From: Raillietiella orientalis
Taxonomy: Eukaryota
Length of the DNA: 64,000 nt
Direction of reading: 5' to 3'
Assembly (NCBI GenBank): GCA_036172245.1
Contig: JAYWIR010000003.1
Location: forward strand, 3,162,001-3,226,000
Shown: one piece after another, positions 49,375-62,382 of the stretch
Numbering within the stretch: the first letter of the stretch is position 1
Layout of the letters: the number at the start of each line of letters is the position of its first letter
The notes under the pieces: generated by a model
Told to the model about the DNA's origin: nothing
What the model saw: only the letters and a program-made list of their open reading frames with translations
Database searches by the model: none
Position numbers and translations under genes: made by a program

Positions 49375-51450
49375 AAGCGTGTGTGCATCTTCATTCTGCA
49401 AAAACACATATCGCCGGTTTTGACGCCACTTCCGAATAATTAACGAACCGCTTTGTTCTTGGGCCGTGATCAAAACAGGGACAGAGCCTCCCGTGTTACA
49501 TTCTGAGCAGGTTCGCATCTGTGAACGGGGAAGGAGCTATTGATCGTGCGTTGCTACGGTTTCCTCCTCCTTTGCTACGCATGCCGCAGTGGCTAGTTGT
49601 GGTGCAAGAATATATTTCTACATGCACAGTCATCAGCGGTCGACCATTTATGTAGTGAGCTACCCCCATCGGCTGCGAGGCGGCTCCCAGCAACGTGCTG
49701 CTCTCGTGCTGCTGGCGTCGCTCTGAGGCACGGATTCTCTCGAAGTCCGCGCGGTAAGTGCCCTGGCCCTTTTCGTTGCTGCGTCTTCGACGCGGGCCTG
49801 CCTTTGAGGAGGGCCGCGGGTCGCCCTTGCGGTTACCTTTCGTTGCCCTCGTCGTTCCTGTTCGCATTGTGATCATTTTGTCCCGGAAAAAACAAAAAAC
49901 AAAAAACAAAGAGAGGGAGGACGCGGGAGAGGGTGAAAGGGAACGGGGAGGTCGCTTTCGCGCGCGCATTCCTCGGTTCGTGACGGTGCAGCGAGCGCGT
50001 TTCCTAGCTTCCGGGACTCGGGGGGAGGGGGGAGCCAGGGGTGCGATCGGGTCGTGGGGACAGCAGGATCTCCACGCCCCTCCCGCCGGGTCGTCCTCGC
50101 TCGATTTCGGCGGCGTGGAATTTTCCCGCCGTGGTTCGGGTCGGGGGCTCGCTTTGTCTGCCTTTGCGGCATGACCGCGGGCGTCTCTCCCCGTCTTCTC
50201 CGCGATTCTTTCGAGTTCCTCCCGGCAGGTAGTCTCTCCCAAGGCCGGCCCTTTCCTTCCTCCCCCTCCTCCCTTCCCCCCCGTTTTCCGTCTGTCCGGT
50301 CGGGCGGGGCGATTCTCGCGGAGTGGAAACGGGAGCACCGCCCCACCGGCATTCAGGGATGCGCCGTCTTCCCGAACGGCTCCGCGGTCGTGGAGGAAGG
50401 AAAAAAGGACCTCCCGTCCTGGTGGGGCCTCTCCCGCCCCGCCTCCTCTTCCGTTTCCCCCTCTGAGGAATCTCCCCAACTGGATGCTGCGCTCCCAGCC
50501 GCGGGGCGGCTCCCGCAAAAGGGCGGTTCCCGAAAGCAGACGACAGGAAATCCCTGAAGGAATCTCCGGGATCTGCGGAGTCAGTCTGGGGGGTGGGGGT
50601 AGGGGTGGATCCTGTACCGCCCGAGGTCGGTTGTCCTTGGTCAGTCGGCGGCGTACGAAGAGCACTTGCAGCGGGGCTGACGTTCGTTACCCGGCCGCGT
50701 CGAGGCGCGCGTGCGCTCTCAGCAGCAGGTGCTGGTTGGCGGCGGCTGGAACTCAGCTGAGACTCCGCTCAGAACCGCGAATAAGGGAGCGGGGGAGGAG
50801 AAAGGGCTTTGGTGGGCGCTCCCGGATGCTATGCGAGCGGGAAGACAGCCTCGGCTCAGGGTGACCCGTCTCCCGGGAGATACACGAGAGACGAGAGCTC
50901 CGGGGACGCGTCATCGGGACTATCCTGCTGCACAGCAGGGAAAGGAACAACGAGGGAGGGGGCGGTCCCTTGCTGAAGGAATCTCGCGGTTGGGGCGGAG
51001 GTAGTCGGAAAGCCATCTGCCTTCTTCTTCCCCTCGTCACGTCAGCCAGCCGTCGACGTTCCACGCCTCCGGAGATGCTCGTCCGACAGTGACTTCGCCA
51101 AAGGGGCACGTTTGAAAGGGAACGTCCTTCCCAGAGACGTGTTCCCATCCCGGCAGCTGCACCGGAGCGCGGTCCTTAGGACGCGCGCTCGCTTCTGCCC
51201 CCAAGTCAGCGACTACTCCCTCGACATCCCCTTGCCTGCTGCTTTCCTTCCTCGAAGGGATACCGGGCGCTTCGTTGCCCCTGCTCGTGGGCCGCTCCGC
51301 TCTCTGGGAGCAGCTCTGGTGAGGGCGAGGTGTCCCGCCGGGACTTCGACGTCATCTCCCTTGCTCCTTGCGTGCGAGTCGACAGCTCGTCGTCGTCGTC
51401 GTCGTCGTCTGCGCACCTCCAGGGCTTCCATAGGCGTTCCACGTGGTTCA

Positions 51451-51510
51451 TCTGGAGGAGCGATCCCTTTCTCCTGTCCCAGCTTTCTGCACGAGTCCTC
51501 CCGTCTCCAG
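51451..51510. repeat. 60-bp dispersed direct repeat (partner 53605-53664), probably a LINE remnant
   Basis: TCTGGAGGAGC.ATCCCTTTC.C..GTCCCAGCTTTCTGCACG.GTCCTCC.GTCTCCAG shared by both copies; minus strand reads RTRAESWD..KG.LLQ. Confidence 0.85.
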
Positions 51511-53604
51511 AGCGGCTGCCACCCTGAACGCAGACCCCTGCGCGGCGCTCGCGCATCCGGACCTGCGGATTCCAGGGAAGCAGCTGGACGAAACAGGACC
51601 GTGGAGTCTTTTCCAGTCGGCTACTGGCCCCTCCACCTCCATCGTCCTGTATCGATCAGACAGATCGGAACGGCGAATCAGAAATTCAACTCGAAGCTCA
51701 CCACGTGCCTTCAGGTGCTCGAGTGGTCATTGCCGTTCCTTTTCTGCCATTGGCTTTCCGCGCGGCAGACTCTTCCCTTTCATTGGTGTCGTTTTTGACC
51801 GTTGCGCTTTTTCAAAAAATGTCCTTCTTTTTCGTACTCTTATTTGTTCTTTCTCTGCCTGGCTGCACTCCTGGAAAGTCCGTCCTGGCAGCTGCCTCGG
51901 CTCCGCGGAGGCCGAGCTCAGGTGTCTGAAAGGTTACGCATTTGTCGCTTGCGGTTCCTCTGACCGGCGATCCGTTCCTGTTCACTCCCGGGATGGCATG
52001 CCCAGGATCGTCGGAAGCGAAATTTTCCTTCGCCATTTGCTTCGACCCATGCGGATCCAGAATTTCGGACGTTTGCCCCCTTCGAAGGGAATCCGAGGGG
52101 TGTTTGTCTCTTTGAGGGAGGGCTTTGCACTTCGTCCCACGAGTGACCAGCTTCTCCCCAGATTTTTCAAAGATTCCGCTTATTTTGCGAGTCAGGATAC
52201 AGGTGAAGACGGGATTTTTCGTCCCTCTTGAGAGCAGCTTCGTATCGATCCAAGATGTGGCCAGCTCTGGCTAGAGCCCGGCCAGACGGTGCTCCTGTCC
52301 GTTTACGAAAAGGAAACCAATCCCGAAAGATAGTTTTTCCTTTCGCGACCGGGATGCAGACTTTCTTCTGCCAAGAGCAGTGATGGTTCCCAACCCGTGA
52401 CTGCATGCAACAACAAATGGGTCATAAAACATCGACTTATGCATTGGTTCCTCACTTTTGCTCAGAGGGAAGAAATATTCTTAGCATTGTTCGGGAAAGG
52501 CACTTTCTGCTGAAGCACTGGTGACAGATCGTTAAGCGTTCAGATCGAGAACAAGAAATTGATGTACTTAGGGAGCTGGGGGGAAACAGAGGAAGAAGTA
52601 TTTCGTAACAGAGGAGAGGCAGAAAGGGTGGGATGCAACTCACATGTCAACGTCGAGTGCTAAACATAGGTTTCTAAAAACAGGAGCAAGGATTCTCAAC
52701 GGAACGCAGCTTAAGAAGATTACCTCTGTCTGTGTGTACTCATTCGAGGGAAAAATCGTTCCGCGCCCTATTGGAAACCTATCGATTCCGATGAACCCCC
52801 CGAATTCACCCTTTTGCGGTTCTCTGGGCTTGCGTTTCTTCGAGACATGTTCCTCACCATCCAAGATTCCAGCGTCGATTTCCATCTCTCCAGTAACGAC
52901 ATCCCATTCGTAAATTGGATACGAATTTTGTATATCACATTTTAAAAAGAAAAAAAAGAAGAAGAAGAAGCTTTCCCTTGTTTGTACTTATTTGCTCTCT
53001 GACAAACGTGGATAACAGCTGCTCCTCCAGGCTATTAATAGACTCCCAAGCCTCGCATACCATTGATGACAAAGCTCAAAGAACTCGTGGGCAGTGAAAG
53101 ACATACCTGATTATTTCCTGGAATGGTTTTAATTATTCGTTCCCCCCGAGTTTTTGTTAACAAAGTGCCATTAAAGTGTTCGGGTGGACCGTGTGCACCA
53201 ACCATACCGTACCAGTTGCATTAGTGACTGTAGCTGTAGCCATGCCACAGCCATAATTTATGAACGTACTTAGTCTGGAACGCAATATGGAGTCCTCGTG
53301 AGTGAGGATGCTGAAGAAAAGGCTTGTTTTTTTTTCCGTCGCGGCGGAAATCCGAAGCGATTATCTGGTCTGTGCGTTGGCTGCAAAGACAACGGGCTGA
53401 TTGAGAGGAGGTGAATGGAAGAGCTACGGCAGATGTCCGAACTACCGGATAGAAAACTTCATTTTTGCGAAGTGTTGCCCTGACAGCTGGGCTCGTCGCA
53501 GCTGCGAGAAGCCCTCCGTGGAACGTTCGCGGCAATCGTAGAAATGCGACCTTTGACAAGAACCTAGCAGACCTGCCCCTCTTTTGGAAATCCCCCGTTG
53601 AGCC

Positions 53605-53664
53605 TCTGGAGGAGCCATCCCTTTCCCTCGTCCCAGCTTTCTGCACGGGTCCTCCTGTCTCCAG
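53605..53664. repeat. 60-bp dispersed direct repeat (partner 51451-51510)
   Basis: Same shared block as 51451-51510. Confidence 0.85.
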
Positions 53665-53971
53665 GAATGCCCTGCATACTTTCGAAGAGGTCTGAGCCCT
53701 CCAACTTTCATTTTTCGACGCTGGAGGAGGGATGACAGGGGAGCCGGTTCCTTCCATGAATCTCCGTCCTCCCAGCCTTCGACTTAAGGATCTGCCGTTC
53801 GCAGGCAGCATCGAGGGAATGCCAGGTCCTTTTTTCTTCCTTCTTTTTCTCCTCAGCTTCGCGTTTATATCAGTGCATTTTGGAGCGGTGGGGTGGGATG
53901 ATACGGGGATGTACTCATCTTTCCCTGTCTTTCTCCCTCATGGAGGAAACAAAGCAAACAAGCAAGAAGGA

Positions 53972-54000
53972 ACACACACACACACACACATACACACACA
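53972..54000. repeat. (AC)n microsatellite
   Basis: acacacacacacacacacatacacacaca directly visible. Confidence 0.9.
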
Positions 54001-57000
54001 AGAAGACAAAGAAAACAAAAAGCTCCCCAACTTGCCCTACCCATCGTAAACACTTGCGTGTCAGGGGGAAGGTGTCGTAAAACGCGTCCAAGGATGAATC
54101 CCCGGGGCAGGAGCGGGTCTCCCATGCGTACTCGGTCCTAGCGACCGGGCGCTTTATTGCTCCGAGCCGCATATGTGCCTTGTCCTCCCGCTCCCTCCCT
54201 CCACCTGCCCTCTCTGTTTTCCGGAACTTTTCTTGATGGTAGTCTGACTCCTGAGCCACGCGCGAGCACCAAACGGGAGGTAAGAGGGAGGAAAGGACGA
54301 ACCGTCGCGCCTCCGGCATGTGTCCCCTCGAGGAGGGGAGGGAAGAGGGAGGAGCAAGACGAAGAGGAAATTTCTCCTCCGCGTGCCGGCACCCCTCTCT
54401 TCCTGTTTCCTTCCAGAGAGCGCTTTGAAGGAAGTTCTCCGGAGACGACCTCGTGTCGCCTCCGTAGTATTCCCGAAAGAAGGACAAGTCTGCCACCTAA
54501 CGTCCTCGCACCATCCTCCTCTCCCTCTCCCGGCGGGGCGCTTCATCTCCGCCTGATCGCATGTTTTCCCCCTTGCCTGCGTGCTCGGTCTCTCGATGGA
54601 CAGGTGGTCCCCACCTCCATGCAGGATCTCCTCCCGGCTTGCCTCTGTTTCGTGCCTCTGCTCCCCCGCGTCCTTCATTTATTTATCAACCAATTTTATT
54701 GGAGGGGATTAATCGGCGGCAATCCCCATTTTCTCTCTCTCCTCTTCCCCTCCTCCTTTCGTCCTTTTCCTTTCTGTTTCCCGTCCCCCTTCTCTTTTGG
54801 GAGAGGACGGAGGAGGTGGAGGGAAGTGCCATCAGCAAGTGCGCGAGCGGGGCATGCCTGTCGTGGAAGGATCTTGTTCTCCTGGAAGGGCCGTGTGCAG
54901 CATCCCGAGGCGCCGGACGCTTCCTGGCAAAGAGCAGGAGGAGATCGCAAGGCAAGGGACGCCGGCGAAAGTTGGGTCTCCTCCTCCTCCTCAGACGCCC
55001 TGGAGGCAGCAGCAGCAGCCCGGGGTTTGCCGCTAGCCCATTCTCTCCCGGCGGAGGAACGGGAGGCGGCCATTCGAACCTTCTCTGCCGGTCGTTGCTT
55101 TCTCGCGTCACTGTGGCGGCCAGCGGCAGCGGCAGCGGGGAGAGGAGAGGTCGAGGGTATGCAAGGAGTGAGGGAAGGAGCGGAAGACGCACGCGCCCCA
55201 CTTGCTCTCTCTCACGCAGCCGAGAGCGCCCGTACAGCTCCGAAGGGAAAACCAGCGAAATGGGACGCCTCCCGCTCTCGGAGGCGGCGGAGCAGAAGGC
55301 AGGGAGGCGACAGGGCGAATCCCCTCCCCCTCTTCTCTGCTTCCCCATCCCCAGAAGGGGAAGGGAAGCTGTGGCGCACAAAACTTGGACTTCGTCCCCC
55401 ACGTCGGTCCAGGTCTGTGGAGCGGGACGGTGCGGTCCCCCCTAATCCATTTCACCTACTCCGTCTCTGCTCCTGTCATCCTCCTCAAGATCACCTCTTC
55501 CCTTGTAGGATATGCAGCTGGACCCTTGCAGCTCCCGTCGACTTCCTTTGGTCCTAGCAATCCTCCTGTGGATCCTTCCGGGACTTCCGTCGACACAAGA
55601 GGAGCCTTCGACGGCAGCCGTCGTCCGGGAACCGTGAGTAGGACTCCGGGAGTGAGTGAGGGAAGGGAGTTGGGATGGTACCGCTGGAAGTCCGAAGAGG
55701 AGCCACCTTTCCCCTCCCCCCCCCCCATCTCGGAAAAGCACACTCCGGCGCCCCACCTCCTACTTTCCTGTGTGACACCATTCCCTTTGGAAGACGTCGC
55801 TGCCCCAGAGAAGAGCCGGAGAGCGTCTCGATGCATGGCAAAGAAAAAAATAGGGTGATGATGGAAAGGGAGTGAAACATCGCCCCCTCTCTCCATTTTT
55901 ACGTGGTCCTCTCTCTGGTTCCCGGAAGGTGCAGTGCTTGGACTGCCCTTGTAATAGGGTCTCTTTGCCTCCTCCCTTCGCCCGCTTCCCGGATGGGACC
56001 TTCCCCTTCCCCTTTCTGGGGCATTGTAGGAGACCAGCCCTCCCCTTTTCCCTACCTCTCTGTTCTTCCTGCAGCGCCAACAAGCACCCGCACGAGAGCC
56101 CCAGACCGTGGCCGCCTTAAGGTCGAACGCTCTTGCGCTTTCGCGCCGGTGGCAGCTCCTGAAAGGAGGAGGAAGAGGAAGGGAATGACGAAAGGGGAAG
56201 GGGGCGAGGGTCTCCTAACCCGTTCGAACGGGGTCATCGTTCTGCGTGTCCTCGGAGAGTTCCACGGGAAAGCTCCAGCGGCCCCGCACGCGACCGCGTG
56301 CTCACGCGCAGCGTGCACGCACGCAAGCACGCATGCTCACCTCCATGCGCACACGCTCCCTCCCCCTCTGCGTGCGGTTCCACACCATCCCTTCCCACGT
56401 TCTGGTTCTCTTTCTGCCTCAGGGCGGTGAAAGAGGGAGACCGTCGTTGTAATGCGTGGGCATGGCAACGGCGACGACGATGGCTCCGCCAGGCGTCGAA
56501 CGGTCGCCTTCTCCAAAGAGGCAGCGTCAGTTAGTCGCTCCGAAGGAGATGCCACGGCTCTCCCTCAGTCTTCCCTCCTCCTCCAGCTTTTCTTCACATC
56601 ATCCAGTCTTTTCATTCCTTCTTTCTCTGTCTCTCTCCTCCCCAGGACCCTTCGCAGGTTCCGGCCGTTTCCGCTCAGTTCAGGGTGTGGCTTGCGTGTC
56701 TCCCCGCCAGAAAGAACCCTGCCGTTGCTTCTCCATCTCTCTCGCGGACGGTCGGTCACTCCAGGATGTGCGATCTGTGACTTTTCCACGCACCGGGGCT
56801 TCCTGGAGTAGGCGAGGTCAAGTAGCGAGCTTCGGTAAGGGAGGGTGCATTTCGGGCTTAGGGGAGGGGAGAGGGAAGGAATGGATCGAAGTCGCAGGGT
56901 CGCATGTGTTCCCGGTGGCACGACTGGTGCACATTCTCCCTCTCTTCTCCGAGACAGCACTCAGAACTCCACGGAAACGGACCTAAACCCGGCTTCGCCT

Positions 57001-60000
57001 TTAGAAACTGCGCTAGGATCAGTCCTGCTGCTGCTGGGAATTCCCAGAGGCGGAGAACCCCTCCCTTCCAGTGACCTCATCCTCAGCGCATCCTGCCGGC
57101 GGACTTTGCAGTGGCCAGCTGACAGTGCGAAGCCGCGTACAGGCTGGGAAGAGTCACTGTCCTCTCGTAGACTCGGTCCACGAGTGGATCAGAGGCGACC
57201 CCTTTCTTTCCTTTGGTTGATGTCGGCAGAAGGAGGAGGAAAGGCGAGGTAAAAGAAGGGAAGTGCCGCAGGAAAAGAAGGAGCTAAGTGGATTTAGAAA
57301 TGCCTTGCGCTGAGAGGATGCTGCAATTCCCTTTCTCCTGCTTGCGTGAGAGCTCTTCAGGGACGGGGTCGTCTTGCCCTCCCCCTCCCATCGATGTAGA
57401 ATGTGTGTGTGTGTGGGGGGGGACGGCTGCTACATGTGTCGCTGATCGCGGCCTCCTCCCACCGAGCTGGGACCTCTTCCAGTTGATGACGGCCACCCCA
57501 CGCCGCCACCTACCTCTTATACTGTTTTCTTTTGCAGCACTTACTTCATAGTGGCCAGCCGCACTCTTCGTCCGGGCCACAGCTACGGCATCTTCCTTCA
57601 TACCTTCCGGATGCCCGAAGCACTGCAAATCAGGATGTCCATCATGAAGGAAGGGGTACCCATCGTCTCTGAAACGCGAGAGTGCCACTTCCCGACGCTG
57701 GAGGTCGTCCGACTGAAGGTTGACCTCGGTTTTTGCCTCTTCTTACCTCCCTCTCTTACTGATTTCCTTGAGGGCGCTTGCTGTATCTTCAGCCGCCTCT
57801 TCACGAACGACACGCGCGGGAACATTCCGAGCCTCAACCTGGGGCAACAGTCCGGAGGACCTGTGACCCTGCGGGACTTCTGATTCCTGGTGGCGCGTGT
57901 TTTTCTTTCGAGGGATCGCGACTGGACGGGGGGAGCGAGGTTCCGCTCTGGCCTCAACGCAGGAGAGACGCACCCTCGCACGCGCGATCTTGCCATCTTC
58001 AAGATGATGATGGTCCATACAGCAGCAGCCGAAGCGGCGCTCCCTCCGTCAGCAGATCGCGCGTCCTACGGGTCAAAGTGGCGCGCTCGATAGCCGACGA
58101 CTGACCTTGGGACGTGCATTATCACGAACTTGAATGAATCACACATCCCCGGTATCATCGTCACGGGAGTAACGGCATCCTTTGATCGTGCCTTCCCTGC
58201 AATGCCGAATTAATCTTTCGCTCCACGTTTCAAAGGTGAAAGAGATTAGCGCGCCATCAGGTCGACCGGAACATTCCTCCCGCTCCGCAGACTTCGCGCT
58301 CTGAGAAAAAACTCTTTGCACCCTCAAAACGACTCGTTGCGGCGAAGCAGCGCGCGCGCTTTTTCTTCGGCGTGGGTTCCTGGTTTGATCGAAGGGGTTT
58401 GAATTTTATTGGTCTTGCAGCACCTCTGCGCTTTGGGATCACCGTTAGCTTTTTGTCTAGACTGGTTCGGAAGTACGGCCAGACTGGCAGTATCGATAAC
58501 AGCATATCAAGACAGAGTGTTTTCTCGCACAGCTGGCAGGCGGAATTTCAGACACAGCATTTTGAATCCTTTCTGCCGATGAGGAGCGGCAACACCGGGT
58601 AGACGACCCAAGTCCTTAATTCCTCACTGTCAGTATCTTAAAGAGCAGAGCATCGTCGGCCACTCAAGCACGTAAATCAGACTTCTTTCTAAGCGTGCCC
58701 TTGGAAGCCACTTGGACGTTCTGCGGGAAAAACCTTTCCCGGCGCCAGTCAAAGCCGTTATTTACAAAGGAAATGTGAGGTGGAGGAAGGGACGGGGGAG
58801 GTACCGAGCGCGCGGGCACTCCTTTTGACATCCCCCCGTTTCCGTGTCCGTGGCAAAACACCGGAAGGTGCGTAGTCATGGCACCCGTCCGTGGATCCTG
58901 TCGGTAGCAACGGAACAAGCACGCGCGCGCCATCGCTTGTCCCGTACCGTTGTTCGGTGCCCCCACCGCCACCGGTGTGGCGCTGTGACGCAAACGATGC
59001 TCGTCACCTCGAGCGCAGGCAGCATCGATCGTCCGGACGGATCGGCCGGGTTCTCCGGCGAGGCATGGCGCCAGCGAGCCGCTGCTGATGTGGTGAGGTC
59101 CGGCGGCGCCCGCCGGTCTTGGGAGACAATCTGGAGACGGAGGCTCCTCGAGCCCGTTTCTCCGGGAACGCCTCTTCGCCATCCTGCGCCGCGGGCGGTT
59201 CCTTCCGGAGACGAAACCCCCCCTCTTCCGCCTCGTGCGCGTGTCTCAACAGTCTGAGGGAAGTTTTTTTATTCAGCCTTCGTTTTTGGTCGTTCTCCTT
59301 GCGCGACGTGGAAGCTTCCAACGGGTGTTCCTGAACAAAGTCCATCTTGTTTTCTCATTCCCCTGTTTCCTTTTTCTTGCCGCTTATCTGCTATTCCCCA
59401 GCTCAGACATATTTTTTTGCCCGGTCGGGCCGATGATACGCCGGCCGACACGGATGCGCCGCGTGCATTCCCCCGTTTATCGCAGATCGACGCCTTTCCA
59501 GGATCGCGATGAAAGCGGGGGCCGGAGATACGCTGCTAATCGGGGTAGGGGGAAGGGGGTTTCAGAATTTGCCTCTCGCGTACTCTCATACCATCTTTCC
59601 CCTCCTGAGAACTCGCGGAATGATTAAAACTTTCATCAAGTTGATGAGTGCACTCTTCCGTGCTGGCTCGGGCAAAGGTGGCGGCGGATCCTCGGGTTCG
59701 TAGCAGGAAGGGGGAAAAAGGTACTCCCGAACCAGGTTGCGTCCGTGCGATTTCGGAACTGGTCGACGCTAAGTGGTGCATCGCGCGGACGCCAATGGTT
59801 CCCGTCACCTTCCCTAATTGTTTGTCTTTCTTCGTGCATTCCCTCCCCTCCCCTCCTCCCTCATCCTCCAACGTGTTTGCTTTCTGCCTGTGGCATGGCG
59901 CAGGATGGGCGGATTCAAGGAGAGAGGAGTGAGGGGAGAAGGGAGGAGGGGAGGCAGATTTCTTTCGATTCCTTCAAACTCCCGCCCTTCTCCATGGGAA

Positions 60001-61819
60001 TCACTGTCGATTCGTTTTCACCACGAGTTCGACTTCAGGGATGTCTCCCTCGACTTTTTTTTTTTTTTTTTTGTACTGTTTCCTTGTTCCTCCAGGTGGC
60101 AGTGTGCTCACTGAACTTCTAGGGACCTCTTTGCGAAGGGCCGGCTAGAGGGAGGCTGCATGGGAAAAAAAAGACACGCTGGGGATTCTGCGAAAGAGGG
60201 ATGGCCGCAAGGAAGGGAGAAGGAGGGGGAGTCAAAAAACCAAAAAAACAAAAGCAAAAACGCTGGGTGCAGCAATGCCTCGCGCAGAATCCTTTGCATC
60301 CTCCTCCTCTCCTTCCTTCCTGCCGGAGGAGGCGTTCGTTAGGGGCTGGCCGGTCAACAAACTGGCGTTCCCCTTCTCCCTCTTCGCCCGTAGTCCGGGG
60401 CGACACGCAGCCGAGAGGGCGGGAGCTCGTTTCCCGAGATATGCGTGCCCGGGACAAAGTGCGTCTCGGTGTACATGGAGACGGACAGGTTATCTTTAGA
60501 TAAAGCCGTGTCTCTCTGGATGGATGCACCCGACTCGCCCAGCAATCCCGAGCTGCTGGACTCGGTGCTGCTGCTCGCTTCCTGGAAGAGGGGTTTGCGA
60601 CCTTCCCTTCCGTGCTGTTTGGCGCTCCTTCCCGCTCTCGTAGGCGCGTGTCTCTTCCCACATCTTCACCTCAACTCCCTCCGTTTTTTCGTTCCGCCCT
60701 CTCCTTGACCTGCGTAAGCCCCGAGTTAAGCTGGACGTCTCCGGTAGGCGGATCCCTGGGTAGGGAGGGGTGCGCGTATGCTCGGAACACTGTCCCCTGC
60801 CTTCACCTTCGGGAACGGAGTGAGTTCCGGTCTCTCGGACTGGGGAGAGGAAGGCAGGAAGGGAGGAGAGGCTCAAATGTGTTCTGATCCTTCCAGTTCC
60901 TCGCCTCGCCAGCAGTTTCCGCATCATCCCGGACAGTTTCCAGGGAAATTCCCTTCCCCCTCCCCCCTTCCCCACCTTCGGAGGCAGGAAGGCAAATCGG
61001 GGCGGGAAAGGAGACCTTCAAAGCGCGCGGTTCCCTCAGGGGCCTCAAGAGAAAAATTCAGAGGCGGGAAAGAGAAAGGAGGGAGGGAACAGATTTCCTG
61101 AGAGCTCCTCTCACTTTGTGGCATGCCTTCCTTTTTATCTTCCCGTCTGGTGCGTATCCGTTCGTGTTTGGGCAGCGTTTGTCCCCTGGTGCGGGGTAGA
61201 CAGGAAAATTCTACCTGATCGCTTCTTCATCCTGAGGCTGGAGGAACCTTTGCTCTCTGGAGAGCGGATCCTCTCCGCCTCAGGGGCTCACCGAGATGTC
61301 GCGGTGGGAACACGAGCGGCGGCTGCGACAAGCGTAAGCATGCGCACCACGTCGAGAGGGAGCACGCGCGTACAGGATCGTCTGCGGTGCCACCGAATCG
61401 AGGGAGGAGGTGCTTTCGGAAGCCCTGAGGAAGAAGAGACGCAGAGGAACGCACGCTCTCCCTTCTCTTCTACTGATGCTGATTAGGGGTTGCGAGGCGA
61501 CCCCCACTTCGCCCTTGACGGGGCCCCACCCAGTAGCACAAGAAAGCTGGAAGCAGGAAGTTGTACAACGAGATCTCGTCCTTCTTCCAGGTCAACGCGG
61601 ATCGCGAACGGAGTCAGGGTGACAGCTTCTCTCTTCCGTGAGCTGAGTGCGAGGGGGGGGGGGAGAGGTCTAGGGGGAAGGAAGAAGGAGGTTCAGTCTG
61701 CGCACATGCCCCTCGGGCATCGCCTTTGATCGAAGCACGTTTCCTTCCGCTTGACTTTCTCCCGGAGTCTCTGAGTTGCCTGCTGTTACTTCCCGAGGAG
61801 ACGCTCATTGTGTTTTCAG

Positions 61820-62382
61820 GTGCCCAAGAGCTGCAAGCCAGGGTCGTACTCCCTGAGGCTGGAGGGTCACCTGAGCAAAGGAGTCGGCGGCACGGCCTTC
61901 GTCAACGAGACTTCCCTGCGATACTCCGCCGCCCACTCGCACATCCTCATCCAGATCGAGAAGTCCGTGTACCGGCAGGGCCAGACCGGTGAGTCCCCAG
62001 CGCACCTTTCCAAGGTGCTTGCTCACCCGCATTCCCGCCATTGCTTCCAGTTCGGTTCCGGGTGTTCACTCTCACCACTGGCCTGCAGCCTTCCGGAGAG
62101 ACCTTCGACGTTTACCTCCTGGATCCCTTCTCCAGATTCATCAAGAGGTGGCTGTCCAAGCAGGTGAGCGGCCCCACTGCATGATCTATCCGAGAGTCCG
62201 GACCAGAGCCAGACTCTTCCTCATTTGTCTGCTTCTTGCAGTCCAGCCTCGGAGCTGTGAGCTTGGAGTTCCGCCTGGCGGACGAACCCATCACCGGCAA
62301 GTGGACGATCAGAGTGGTCGAAGGAAGTCAGACGGAAACGAAGACCTTCACGGTCACACGATACTACCAAAATCGCTTCGAG
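61820..62382 (+). CDS. Mcr: Macroglobulin complement-related (Mcr/Tep6, CD109-like TEP family), partial: internal exons 61820-61988, 62051-62163, 62242-62382; the gene probably continues beyond the window
   Basis: Spliced peptide VPKSCKPGSYSLRLEGHLSKGVGGTAFVNETSLRYSAAHSHILIQIEKSVYRQGQTVRFRVFTLTTGLQPSGETFDVYLLDPFSRFIKRWLSKQSSLGAVSLEFRLADEPITGKWTIRVVEGSQTETKTFTVTRYYQNRFE follows arthropod Mcr N-terminal MG domains (GG.AF.NET.L; KRWLSRQSNLG.VSLEY.LSDQP..G.WTIRV; EEYYQTRFE, recalled). GT-AG introns of 62 and 78 nt. Confidence 0.9.

Noticed and set aside
54157..55557. 466-aa plus-strand ORF
   Set aside because: Low-complexity purine/pyrimidine tracts, no motifs, equally long ORFs in other frames.
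60445..60975. Possible upstream Mcr or independent exons
   Set aside because: Translations do not match TEP signal-peptide or MG1 sequence and no splice chain could be built.
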